Origin: an uncultured Planctomycetota bacterium
GTDB lineage: Bacteria > Planctomycetota > Planctomycetia > Isosphaerales > Isosphaeraceae
Length of the DNA: 64,000 bases
Direction: 5' to 3'
Assembly: GCA_963823665.1 (NCBI GenBank)
Contig: CAWGMQ010000004.1
Span: 896,001 to 960,000 of the forward strand
A model generated the notes under the pieces. The model was not told where the DNA came from. It worked only from the letters and a program-made list of their open reading frames with translations, and made no database searches. The position numbers and the translations under genes are program-made. Shown one piece after another: positions 11,306 to 21,945 of this stretch (position 1 is the stretch's first letter; each line of letters starts with the position of its first letter).

Positions 11306-13777
11306 ATGGCAAACCGAATCCGCACCTGCCTCTTCCTCCTGTGCACCACAACGCTACTCTGCCTCACCTCCGCCTCCGCCCAGACCCCCTACAAAGTCCC
11401 CCCCAAAGACGTCGTCGCCATCCTCGACGCACCGCCCCCTCCGCTCCGCACCTTGAGCCCGACACGCGACTCGCTTTTGCAGGTCGGGGTCCAGCCCTAC
11501 CCATCAATCGAAGTCGTTGCCCAGCCGATCCTCCGGCTCGCCGGCCTGCGCATCAACCCGCGAACCGGCTCCCAGCAGCGCCTCGTCCATTACACCGGGT
11601 TGAGCATCCAAGCTCTCGACGGCTCCCCCGCGCGCCACATCGCACTGCCGGGGGGAAGCATCCACCGCCCCGAATGGTCCCATGACGGCAAGAGAATCGC
11701 ATTCGCCCGCGACGTCGATGATGGCGTCGAGCTCTGGGTTGTCGATATAGCCAGCGGCCAGGCCAATGCAATCCCCGGCGCTCGCCTGAACGACATACTC
11801 GGCAACCCCGTCACCTGGCTCTCCGATAACCGCCACATCCTGGCCGTCCTCGTGCCCGAAGGACGAGGCCCAGCTCCCGCCGCGCCGCGGGCCCCCGTCG
11901 GCCCCAACGTGCAAGAAAGCTCCGGCCACTTGAGCCAGATGGCAACTTTTCAAGACATGCTCACTAACGCGCACGACGAAGACCTCTTCCAGCACTTCGC
12001 GACCAACCAGCTCGCTCGGGTCGACACCGAAACAGGTCAAATCACGCGAATTGGTCCCGCAGCCCTCATCCAGGACGCGGCTTTCTCACCCGACGAAAAG
12101 TTCCTGCTCGTGGAAACGATTCGCCGCCCGTTCTCCTATCGCGTCCCATACTCTTTTTTCACGCGCAAGACCGAAGTCTGGGACTCAAGCGGCAAGCCCG
12201 TCGTCACCATCGCCGACCTGCCCGTCTCCGACGATGTCCCCCGCCAGGGCGTACCCACCGGACCTCGCTCGGTAACCTGGCAGCCGCTGCACGACGCCCG
12301 TTTGATCTGGACCGAGGCACTCGACGGCGGCGACCCGAAAAAGAAGGTCCCGCACCGCGACAAGGTCATGTCGCTCGAGGCCCCGTTCACCGCCAAACCA
12401 AGCTTGGTGATGGAAGTCCAGCATCGCTCCAGCGGCTTCGCCTGGCTGCCCCAGAAAGACCTTGCGCTCGCCACCGAATTCGATCGCGACCGCCGCTGGC
12501 GCACCACCGCGCTCGTCGACCTCACCAAACCCACCGAATCGCGCAAGGTCCTGTTCGATCTGAGTATCAATGACGCCTACGGAGACCCCGGCGCGCCCAT
12601 GTCCGTCACCCGCCGCGACGGCGTCAGAACAATCCTCCGGGACGGTGATTCCATCTACCTGGTCGGTCGCGGCGCCTCGCCCGAGGGCTCGCGCCCTTTC
12701 CTCGATAAGATGGACCTGAAGACATCCGAAAAGAAACGCCTCTTCCGTTGCGGCGACGGGATGTACGACTCGGTGCTCGGCTTCGTAGGCGACTCGCGCA
12801 GCACGATCGTGATCAGTCACGAGACGAAGACCGAGCCGGCCAACGACTTCACCGTCGATCTCGAGACCGGCAAGCGTACCAAGCTCACCGATTTCCGCGA
12901 CCCCGCCCCCGAGCTCACCGGCCTCAAGAAAGAGCTGATCAAATACAAGCGTGACGACGGCGTGCCCCTCTCCGGCACGCTTTATCTACCTCCTGGCTAC
13001 AAGGAAGGAACCCGGCTGCCCCTGATCATCTGGGCCTACCCCCTCGAATACAGCGACGCCGCCACCGCCGGCCAGGTGCGCACGTCTCCCTACACTTTCA
13101 CCAGCTTGGTCGGCCCGTCCCAGTTGTTCTTCGTCACTCAGGGCTACGCCGTGCTCGATAACGCGACCATGCCCGTCGTCGGCGACCCCGAAACCATGAA
13201 CGACACCTACGTCGAGCAGATCTCCTCCGCAGCCCGCGCCGCCATCGAGACACTCGACAAGAAGGGGGTGATCGATCCCAAACGTGTGGGCGTCGGCGGC
13301 CACAGCTACGGCGCGTTCATGACGGCTAACTTGCTCGCCCATACCGACCTCTTCGCCGCCGGCATCGCCCGCAGCGGCGCCTACAACCGCTCCTTGACGC
13401 CCTTTGGCTTTCAAACCGAGCGCCGCAGCTACTGGGAGGCAACGGGCCTCTACACCAGGATGTCGCCATTTACGTATGCAAACAAGATCAATGAACCGAT
13501 CTTGTTGATCCACGGCGAGGCCGATAACAACTCCGGCACGTTCCCGATCCAGTCCGAGCGCCTCTTCCAGGCAATCAAGGGAAACGGCGGCACCGCCCGC
13601 CTGGTTCTCCTGCCGCACGAGAGCCACGGCTACCGCGCCCGGGAATCCGTCCTCCATGTCCTGGCCGAGATGTTCGATTGGGCCGACCGATACGTCAAGA
13701 ACCGCCCGGACTCCACCGGCTCCGCCGCGCCCCCTGCAAATTTGACCACCCCACCTCCAGCAGGCTCGGGCCGCTAA
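11306..13777 (+). CDS. Secreted S9-family (prolyl oligopeptidase / glutamyl endopeptidase-like) serine peptidase
   Basis: Signal peptide after a GAGG RBS; GGHSYG nucleophile motif, HGEADNNSG and PHESHGY. Confidence 0.92.
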   Translation: MANRIRTCLFLLCTTTLLCLTSASAQTPYKVPPKDVVAILDAPPPPLRTLSPTRDSLLQVGVQPYPSIEVVAQPILRLAGLRINPRTGSQQRLVHYTGLSIQALDGSPARHIALPGGSIHRPEWSHDGKRIAFARDVDDGVELWVVDIASGQANAIPGARLNDILGNPVTWLSDNRHILAVLVPEGRGPAPAAPRAPVGPNVQESSGHLSQMATFQDMLTNAHDEDLFQHFATNQLARVDTETGQITRIGPAALIQDAAFSPDEKFLLVETIRRPFSYRVPYSFFTRKTEVWDSSGKPVVTIADLPVSDDVPRQGVPTGPRSVTWQPLHDARLIWTEALDGGDPKKKVPHRDKVMSLEAPFTAKPSLVMEVQHRSSGFAWLPQKDLALATEFDRDRRWRTTALVDLTKPTESRKVLFDLSINDAYGDPGAPMSVTRRDGVRTILRDGDSIYLVGRGASPEGSRPFLDKMDLKTSEKKRLFRCGDGMYDSVLGFVGDSRSTIVISHETKTEPANDFTVDLETGKRTKLTDFRDPAPELTGLKKELIKYKRDDGVPLSGTLYLPPGYKEGTRLPLIIWAYPLEYSDAATAGQVRTSPYTFTSLVGPSQLFFVTQGYAVLDNATMPVVGDPETMNDTYVEQISSAARAAIETLDKKGVIDPKRVGVGGHSYGAFMTANLLAHTDLFAAGIARSGAYNRSLTPFGFQTERRSYWEATGLYTRMSPFTYANKINEPILLIHGEADNNSGTFPIQSERLFQAIKGNGGTARLVLLPHESHGYRARESVLHVLAEMFDWADRYVKNRPDSTGSAAPPANLTTPPPAGSGR

Positions 13778-13862
13778 GAATATCGCGTCGCTTGACGCGA
13801 ATGACATGTTGAAGCCGGACAACTGCACCCGGCCCCGGAACCAACCTTGCGAGGTCATGACC

Positions 13863-14602
13863 ATGCGACGGCGTAGCTGGATTGTCGCTTCGGCCCTTTC
13901 CGTCGCCTCCGGGTGTAACGGAAGCTTCACTTTCGGACCGCCGGCCATCCCCGGTAGCGGCATCGCCAACGACGAGGCCCGGCCGATCGAGGCATTCCAC
14001 GCGCTCGCCGCGCGAAACGCCCTTCAAGTCAAACTCGCCGTCATCCAGGGTGCAAAACCAAGCCTGAAGATCAGCGGCGACGACAACCTGGTGCCCTTCG
14101 TCGAGTCGGTCGTCCAGGACGGCACGCTGATCCTGCGGATGAAGCGGCACACCAACATCAGTCCGAAGCTCCCGCTGCTGGCCGAGGTCGTGACCGATCA
14201 ACTCGATCGCGTAGGCGCCTCCGGCGCCACCAACGTCAAGGTGACCTTCGACAAGAAGGTCGAGCAATTCACCGCCGATGCCAGCGGCGCGGCACGCCTC
14301 TCTGTCACGGGAATCCAGACGCCGAAAGCCGTCGCCACCGCCGAAGGTGCTTCCCAGCTCACGCTCACGGGCATCGCCGAGTCGCTCAAAGTCGACGCCT
14401 CCGGTGCAAGTCAGGTCAAGGCCGAAGACCTGGTGGTAGACGACGCCGACGTGTCCATCAACGGCGCCACCAGCGCGGACCTGCGCCGAGGAGGAGCGTC
14501 GCGGGCAACGTCTCCGGCGCCTCGAACCTCAACCTCTACGGACAGCCCGCCAAGCGAAGCGTTTCGACCTCGGGCGCCTCGAAGGTGAACGACAAGGGGT
14601 AG
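13863..14602 (+). CDS. DUF2807 (head GIN domain) lipoprotein; frameshift near 14486
   Basis: Lipobox-like VASGC, ISGDDNLVP and repeated ASGA motifs. The repeats continue in another frame (VAGNVSGASNLNLYGQP...SGASKVNDKG*). Confidence 0.8.
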
Positions 14603-14666
14603 TAGCGGCCGGCGTTCCCCCCGATTATAATCCTCCCATCTAAATTCGTTCCTGGAGGATTTCGCC

Positions 14667-17426
14667 ATGCGCCGCCTGCTCGCGTTCGGTTGGGTTTCCC
14701 TGGTTGGCCTGAGTGTCACCGCGCTCGCCGACCCACCTGTCAAAGTCGTCTCGATCGAGGGTGTAACAGAATATCGCCTGGCCAACGGCGCCCGGGTGCT
14801 GCTCTTCCCCGAAGCGTCGCGGCCGACCATCAGCATCAACATGACCGTGCTCGTAGGCAGTCGCCACGAAGGCTACGGCGAATCCGGGATGGCCCACCTC
14901 CTCGAACACCTGGTCTTCAAGGGCACGCCCTACCACCCGAAGGTGTCGAAGGCGCTTCAAGATCACGGGGCCCAGTTCAACGGCAGCACCACCGGCGATC
15001 GCACCAACTACTACGAGACGATGCCCGCCACGGACGCAAACCTCGAGTTCGGCATTTATCTCGAATCCGATCGTCTCGTCAACAGCTTTGTCAGGGGCTC
15101 GGATTTGCAGTCGGAAATGACCGTCGTCCGCAACGAGTTCGAGCGCGGCGAGAATAACCCTGCTTCTGTTTTGAGCGAGCGGATCTCCGCAGCGGCCTAC
15201 GAATGGCACAATTATGGCAAGTCCACCATCGGCAGCCGGGTCGACATCGAGCGCGTGCCCATCGAAAATCTCCAGACTTTCTACAAGAAGTATTATCAGC
15301 CCGATAACGTCGTGCTGATCATTGCCGGCAAGTTCGAGGAATCGAAGGCCCTCGCCCTCGCCGAGAAATACCTCGGCTCGATACCGAAACCGACTCGCAA
15401 GCTCGATGCCACCTACACCGAAGAGCCTCCTCAAGACGGCGAGCGCGCTGTGACCCTGCGGCGGGTTGGCGCGGTCGGCTCGGTCGGCGTGGCCTACCAC
15501 GTCCCTTCTGCCTCGCACGCCGACGCGGCGCCGCTCAGCCTGCTGGGCGGCCTGATCTCTCAATCGCCCAACGGCCGGCTCTACAAGGCCCTGGTCGAAT
15601 CGAAGCTGGCCACAAACGCGAATGCCCGGTCGGAGAGCTCGCACGATCCAGGCCTTTTCTTCGCTTCGGCATCCTGCCCGCCCGAGGCACTTGATTCGGT
15701 GCGTGATGTCTTGGTAAAAACACTCGAGTCGCTGGGCGATGTGCCATTCACCGACGATGAAGTAAGCAAGGCAAAAGTACGCAGCAAGCGCACCGCCGAA
15801 ATGCTCCAATCGAACAGCCAGGGAATGTCGCAGGCGTTGAGTTCAGCCTCCAGCCGCGGCGACTGGCGGTTGCTGTTCATCGAGCGCGATCGCGTCGCCG
15901 CGGTCACCGCCGCCGACGTCAACCGTGTCGCGAAGACATACTTCCAGAAACCCAACCGCACGGTAGGCGTCTATATCCCCTCCAAGGAATCGACGCGCCT
16001 GCCGGTGCCGAGCGCTCCGCCGATTGACGTGGTCGTGAAGGACTACAAGGGTGGCACCGTCGCGGCTGCTGGCGAAGCCTTCGACCCCTCCCCGGCAAAT
16101 CTGGATGCCCGCACCAAGATCATCAACGAACCCGGCTTCAAAGCCGGCCTCTTGCACAAGCAGAATCGCGGCGAGACCGTCTCGCTCGCGCTCACCTTGC
16201 ACTACGGCAATCCCGAATCACTCAAAGACCTCACGACGGCAGCCGGAATGCTCCCCGGCCTGATGATGGCCGGCACGAAGAAGCACGATCGCCAGGCGCT
16301 GCGCGAGGAGCTCGATGCGCTGGGCATCCGCATCGGCACCGGCGGTGGCGGCGGCGGCCGCGGCGGGCGTCGCGGCGGCCGCGGCGGCGGCGGTCCAGGC
16401 ACGAGCGGGCAGCTCACCTTCTCGGTTGAAGCCAAGCGAGACACACTCCCGCAGGCGCTCAAGCTGCTCGGCGAAATTCTCCGCGAGCCGGCCTTCCCCG
16501 CCGAGGAATTTGAAACTTCCAAGCTCCGCATGGCCTCCATGCTCTCGGCAGGCCGCACCGAGCCGGCCGCCCTTTCGCGCAACAAGCTCACCCGCACCCT
16601 CTCGCCCTACTCCAAGGACGACGTGCGCTATGTACCTACCCAGGAAGAAACGATCGACCGGGTCAAGCAGGTCACCCTCGACCAGATCAAAAAACTCTAC
16701 GAAACGCAGATCGGCGGCTCGCACGCCGAGCTCGGCGTCGTCGGCGACTTCGATCCGGAAAGCACCCTCCGCCTCGTGAAGGAAATGCTCGCCGGCTGGG
16801 AATCAAAGGTCCCATACGAACGAATCGACAACAAGGTGGCGGAACATGGCACCGGCATGAAGGAAGATATCGTCACTCCCGACAAATCGAACGCCGAATA
16901 CCTGGCCGGCCTCTCGTTCCCCGTTTCCGACAGCGACCCTGACTACCCCGCCCTCCGGATCGGCAACCTCATCCTGGGCGGCAGCACGCTCGCCTCCCGT
17001 TTGGGCGACCGGATCCGTCAGAAGGAGGGCCTGTCGTACGGAGCCACCTCAGCGCTCACGGCGTCGTCCCGCGACCCGGTCGCTTCGCTCACGGTCACCG
17101 TCAGCACCAACCCGGCAAATATCGACAAGGTCTCAACCGCGGTCATGGAAGAGCTTCAGCGCTTCCTCAAGGACGGTCCGACCGACAAGGAGGTAACCGA
17201 CGCGAAGCAGGCCTACGTGGAAGCCCAGAAGGTGGGCCGCACCGGCGATGCGGCGATTGCGGGCCAGATCGTTGGCAACCTGAACACCGGCCGCACGTTC
17301 GCCTTCGACGCCGACCAGGAAAAGGCGATCCTCGCCCTCACTCCGGAGAAGATCACCGAGGCCTTCCGCAAGCACGTCGATCCCAACCGCCTGGTCATCA
17401 TCCGCGCAGGAGACTTCCACAAGTAA
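14667..17426 (+). CDS. M16 (pitrilysin/PqqL-like) zinc peptidase
   Basis: AHLLEHLVFKGT (HxxEH), NGSTTGDRTNYYE and IRQKEGLSYG; signal peptide; GGAGG RBS. Confidence 0.95.
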   Translation: MRRLLAFGWVSLVGLSVTALADPPVKVVSIEGVTEYRLANGARVLLFPEASRPTISINMTVLVGSRHEGYGESGMAHLLEHLVFKGTPYHPKVSKALQDHGAQFNGSTTGDRTNYYETMPATDANLEFGIYLESDRLVNSFVRGSDLQSEMTVVRNEFERGENNPASVLSERISAAAYEWHNYGKSTIGSRVDIERVPIENLQTFYKKYYQPDNVVLIIAGKFEESKALALAEKYLGSIPKPTRKLDATYTEEPPQDGERAVTLRRVGAVGSVGVAYHVPSASHADAAPLSLLGGLISQSPNGRLYKALVESKLATNANARSESSHDPGLFFASASCPPEALDSVRDVLVKTLESLGDVPFTDDEVSKAKVRSKRTAEMLQSNSQGMSQALSSASSRGDWRLLFIERDRVAAVTAADVNRVAKTYFQKPNRTVGVYIPSKESTRLPVPSAPPIDVVVKDYKGGTVAAAGEAFDPSPANLDARTKIINEPGFKAGLLHKQNRGETVSLALTLHYGNPESLKDLTTAAGMLPGLMMAGTKKHDRQALREELDALGIRIGTGGGGGGRGGRRGGRGGGGPGTSGQLTFSVEAKRDTLPQALKLLGEILREPAFPAEEFETSKLRMASMLSAGRTEPAALSRNKLTRTLSPYSKDDVRYVPTQEETIDRVKQVTLDQIKKLYETQIGGSHAELGVVGDFDPESTLRLVKEMLAGWESKVPYERIDNKVAEHGTGMKEDIVTPDKSNAEYLAGLSFPVSDSDPDYPALRIGNLILGGSTLASRLGDRIRQKEGLSYGATSALTASSRDPVASLTVTVSTNPANIDKVSTAVMEELQRFLKDGPTDKEVTDAKQAYVEAQKVGRTGDAAIAGQIVGNLNTGRTFAFDADQEKAILALTPEKITEAFRKHVDPNRLVIIRAGDFHK

Positions 17427-17494
17427 AGCCGAACCGCAAAACCACGGTTTGTTGCCGCGGTGTTTTCCCCCGCGTAAGTTGCGTCAAGTTCCCA

Positions 17495-17604
17495 CCCCCT
17501 TTAGAAGGGGGGCTATTGAAAACTTGAAGTATACGGAGTGGAGATTTCCCGCGGCGAATGTTGCGCCAAGTTTCCCCCCCTTTAGAAGGGGGGGCCAGAG
17601 GGGG
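17495..17604. repeat. Two REP-like C(n)TT-N3-AAG(n) palindromes
   Basis: CCCCCTT-TAG-AAGGGGG (17495-17511) and CCCCCCCTT-TAG-AAGGGGGGG-CCAGAGGGGG (17574-17604). A third copy is at 18515-18546. Confidence 0.8.
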
Positions 17605-17938
17605 TCCGTCCCGGCGGCCGCCGTCGGAAAACCTTCGCGCAACTGAAACAGAACGCCGAATCGTTCACCGCAAATAATTGCAATACGCCCCATGATCGCG
17701 CCCGGGGTGCGTTCGCCACCCGAAAGCGGATTAGGCTGGCGCTTTCACTCTTGATCCACCCCTCACCGCGAAGTGCGCATTCACACTCCGAGCGAGGCCC
17801 ATCACCCCGCGCAGCGCCCGCCCAATCCACCTCCCCATCCCACGCCATGATCCCATCTTTAGGCACGGACTTTGCAGGCAATTGAGAGAATCGCACATCG
17901 CCGGTTCTTCACTTCACCAACGTACTGGAGTTGATGGC

Positions 17939-18361
17939 ATGTCATCAATCACAGCACACGAGCCGTTCATCGCCTATGAGTTGATCGAGGACGAACTTCC
18001 GGAAGTCACGGTGATCGAATTCGTGCACGGCGACATCTTGGGGCCGCATCAAGCCCGCGAGCTCCGCGAGCAGCTCGAATCCCTGATGTCTTCGGGCGTG
18101 CCCCGCAATGTCGTCATTGACTTCCGCAACGCGCGGATGCTGGGAAGCTCGGCCTTCGGGGTAATTGCGAAATTTGTGCGCCAGCTCGCGAGAGTGCGTG
18201 CATGCAACATCAGCCACAGCCTGCGCTTGGGCGCGTCGCTCATCGGGCTCGATGACTGGGTTGACTTCGCGCAGAGCCGCGAATCCGCGGTTCAAGCCGC
18301 GCTCGAAGACGCGAGGCGCGGCCGCGAGGAGACTGCGGACTATCCGGTCCTGACATCCTGA
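17939..18361 (+). CDS. STAS-domain protein (anti-sigma factor antagonist-like)
   Basis: ELREQLESL...VVIDFRNARMLGSSAFGVI...CNIS; GGAG RBS. Confidence 0.8.
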   Translation: MSSITAHEPFIAYELIEDELPEVTVIEFVHGDILGPHQARELREQLESLMSSGVPRNVVIDFRNARMLGSSAFGVIAKFVRQLARVRACNISHSLRLGASLIGLDDWVDFAQSRESAVQAALEDARRGREETADYPVLTS

Positions 18362-18410
18362 CAAACCGCGACCGCGGCCCAGCCGATACCGATACCGCGG
18401 GGGCATTCGC

Positions 18411-18546
18411 CGCGCTCCCTCTCCCGACTTCGAAAGCCGTCGCGCTCCTTCTCCCGACCTCCGAAAGCCGTCGCGCTCCCTTTCCCGACTTCCGACGGCG
18501 CCGCGCCTCCCTTTCCCCCCCTTAAAGAAGGGGGGGCCAGGGGGGG
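18411..18546. repeat. About 3.5 tandem copies of a 30-31 bp unit merging into a REP-like palindrome
   Basis: CGCGCTCCYTYTCCCGACYT(C)CGAAAGCCGT-like units at 18411, 18441 and 18472, a partial copy at 18502, then CCCCCCCTT-AAAG-AAGGGGGGG-CCAGGGGGGG. Confidence 0.85.
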
Positions 18547-18806
18547 TGCATTTCGGCGTGCGCCGTCACGCAGTCGACGCAAAACAGAAAGCGCCGACAG
18601 AAGAACCACGATTCAAAGGCGTGGAGTTCTGCACCGCCGCCCCTCCCCACGACCGCAGGTCTCCCGCCTTCCCGACCCCGGTCAGCCCCCGCCTCACCGC
18701 GCACCCATGCAAGATTTTCGCGCGCCCCGCCATTGCGTCACGCCCGATTGCTGAGAAAATAGAAACTCGTCAGAATCCGTCCGCTTGGTTGAGGGGAGCA
18801 AGCGAC

Positions 18807-21800
18807 GTGCGAATCGATGGACGCGACTCGAAGGAATTCGCACCTCGCACAACCGCCAGCAAGACCGCCCAGCGTCTCCGCTGGTGCGGCCACGACAGTT
18901 TCTTGATCGCGAATGGCTTCATGCTCCGGGCGCCGATGGTCTACTCCTCGCACGAAGCCCCCGTCGACGACGAGCCCTCGTGCATTAACCTGAGCTTGGA
19001 CGCTGAGCCCCCCGGCCGGATCGCCGAGCCGGGCCCGGGCACTTATCCCACCTACGCCGGGCTAAGCCCCGCCCATCGCGCCCGATACCTGCTCTGGCTC
19101 TCGAAAGACCGAGCGTCATCACTGGAACACATCGGATTCGCATTCTTGTACCTGTGCGGATTGGAACGCCGTCTGTTTTTGGAACGCGCAGACCTGCACG
19201 AGATCGTGAAAGAGACCGTTCGGCTTCGCGCCTATATTGCTCCGCTCGCGTGTTCGGCCTGCGCGCAATCAACTTCTGGCGTTCGCGCTCGCCGGCCGTG
19301 CGTTCGACAAGGCCGGCTTTCCGCTCACGAAGCTCGCGTTCGAGAACCCTCCCCCAAACAGCACAAAGGACGATCTGGCCGTCGCCCTGGCGTGGTTCTG
19401 CGAGCACCAGATCCCCCTGCCGGCATCATGGGCTCTGGCCGTCGCGCGCACCGACCGGCGCTTCGCGGATCACGGGTCTACCGCCTCGGAAAGCGACCAG
19501 TCGACGTCGCTGTTCAAGACCCGGTACCTGGAGAGATTCGGCGCCGGCATGCAGGTCGAACCTTCCTCCATCGATCGCCTGGTCCGGTATCATCCCATCA
19601 ACGTATCTCTGCATGATCACCATGAATTCCCAGCGCCCCGACCTGGTCGTTCCGGATCAATGACGTGCTGAACAACGAGCGTCAGTTCACACCTCTGGCT
19701 GACCTGCTGGCACAAATCAGAGGCGAGTTGCCGGGACCCGTTCCTGCAGTTTTCTCCAAGCCAACCGCCCGGCCCCCAGCCCGCAGGATCGCAGCCCCGG
19801 GCGCACCACGTGCAGAGCCCGCTCTTCAAATCGAGACGCCTCCCGCGCAAGAGCCCGCCGCCGAGACGCCTGTTCTTCGCTGGAATCGCAGCGGCGAACC
19901 AATCAGCGTGAAGGGATACCTGCTTCGCGACCCGATGGTTTACACGTCCGTCGGAAAGCCAGCCGAGCCCGAAGCCTCCTGCATCGACGTGAGCCTGGAG
20001 ATCGGCAAGCCGGCCTGGGAAGCCGCCGGCGCCTTGGGTCACTCCCCGACCTATGCGACCATCACCCCTACCCAGCGCGCCAACTATCTCTCCTGGCTGG
20101 CGAATGGTCGCGTTCGCCCGCTTGTCGATATCGGATACGCCTTTCTCTTTTTCTACGGCCTCGAGCGGCGGGTTTTGATCGATCGTGCAGAACGAAGCGC
20201 GATCCTCAATGAATGCCTGCAACTCCTGAAGACCTACACATTTTCGAGCTCATTCGATGGCTATATGAGCCGTTTCCTGGCGTTCACCCTGGCCAGAGCC
20301 GGAATTCAACAGCTCGAGGAAAGGTCGTTCAAGGACGTTTTCGAGAAGTCGAGATTGCAGCGCAACGACGATTGCCTCGCAGTCGCGCTCGCTTGGTTCT
20401 TCAAGAAATCCATCCCTTTGCCCGCCCCCTGGGCGATGCGCGTTGCTCGGCAATATCCGCGGTCACCCGCCAGCATCGCGACCGACCGCCTGCCCGAGGA
20501 GTTCAAAACCCTCTTTGAATCGCGCTATCGCGAACAGCTTGGCCCCGGGCTCGTCCTCAAGGCGCCCAGCCGCAACCGGCCGTTCGGCTACGTGCCGGCA
20601 AGTCTGTCGTTGATTGCCGATGCCGGAATCCGGGAAAGAAGCATTCAGCCGATCGGCATTCCGAACGTGCTGGGAATCCCGAGCCAGTTTGCCCCGCTCG
20701 TTGCCATCTGGTCGAGCTGCGCCGAGAGCTCAAACCCCTGAGCCGCGTGCTGGGGCGAGGAATGGACGTTTCGAGCCGGGAGGCGTACCAGGCTCTACCC
20801 GACAAGTTGAAGGCCACGGTCGAACATCCCGACCAGGAAAAGTGGGATCAAATCGTCTTCGAACACTCTCGCGAGGATGGCTGCGCGCTCGTCGACGTCT
20901 CCACCTTGGCCGCGCTGCAGGGCTTTCCCGAGCGTGCCAGACTCACCCGCTTTCAAAGTGAGGTTCTGGCGCAGACCGCGCAATTCGTCGGCCGCGTGAT
21001 CGAGCCCGACGCGCGCCTCACCGGCCGGCCCTATGCCTGGAAAGACCGGGTCGCGCTCTTGCGCCGGAGCCTCGAGGAAGAAGCCGGGAGGCCTGACGAT
21101 AACTCGCGCTACCTTGCCGCATCCTTGATGCTCGAGCTGGGTATCTACATCGCCGCAGCCGACGGCACCGTCGATGACCGGGAAGTCGACCAGGTCGCCC
21201 GCTTCATCGAGAGTCAGTTTCTGCTGGGTCCGCCCCAAGTGCGCCGGCTGGAGGCGCTCAAGCGCGTGTTCATAGCGCGCCCCCGACACTCGCGGGTCTC
21301 GGCAAGCGGCTCCAGTCCACCCTCACGCACGATCAGCGAGAAGCGGTCGGCCGCTTTCTCAGCGGCGTCGCCCTGGCTAACGGAATCATCGACAGCAAAG
21401 AAATCTCCGCCCTCAAGAATGCCTATCGCGCGCTCGACATCGGCGTCGACCAGCTCAACGTGCTCATCGAGGAATCCCGCCGCGCACGCGACGAGCCCGT
21501 CGAAGTCGAGCACGGAGAAGACTCCGACCCACTCGGCGAGACCATCCCACCCAGACTGCAATCACGTCCGTCAGCGGGCATCGTGCTCGACGACCGCCGC
21601 TTGAGCGCCATCCTCGCGGAGACCCAGATCGTGATCGAGACGCTGGGAAAAGCGATGCTCGATCCAGACACCCCCGAAGAAACTTCTGAGCCCGCCACAC
21701 TCGCAGCGAACGACCCACGCTTTGAATCGCTCGACGCCCGCTATCACGCCATGCTGGCCCTGTTACTCGGCCGCCCCGTGTGGCAGCGGCTCGAATTCAA

Positions 21801-21945
21801 TTCCCTCGCTCGCAGCCACAACCTGATGCCCTCGGGCGCCTTCGACGCCGTCAACGACTGGGCGTTTGAGTTATTTGACGATCCGATCGTCGTCGAACAA
21901 GGCGACCAGTTCCAGATTCAAATTCACCTCCTCGAGTCACTTTGA
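18807..21945 (+). CDS. sngA: Shango SngA-like TerB protein (TerB_N x2, TerB, TerB_C), about 1047 aa after repairing 5 single-base frameshifts
   Basis: GTG 18807 after GAGGGGAG. Two copies of EPSCI/EASCI...PTYA.(L/I).P..RA.YL.WL...IG(F/Y)AFL...GLERR; TerB-like IAAADGTVDDREV; TerB_C-like LMPSGAFDAVNDWAFELFDDPIV. Frame changes near 19229, 19273, 19638, 20728 and 21283. Confidence 0.82.

Noticed and set aside
18411..18517. Possible CRISPR array (30-31 bp repeats)
   Set aside because: Units are directly adjacent with no unique spacers, and there are no cas genes in the window.
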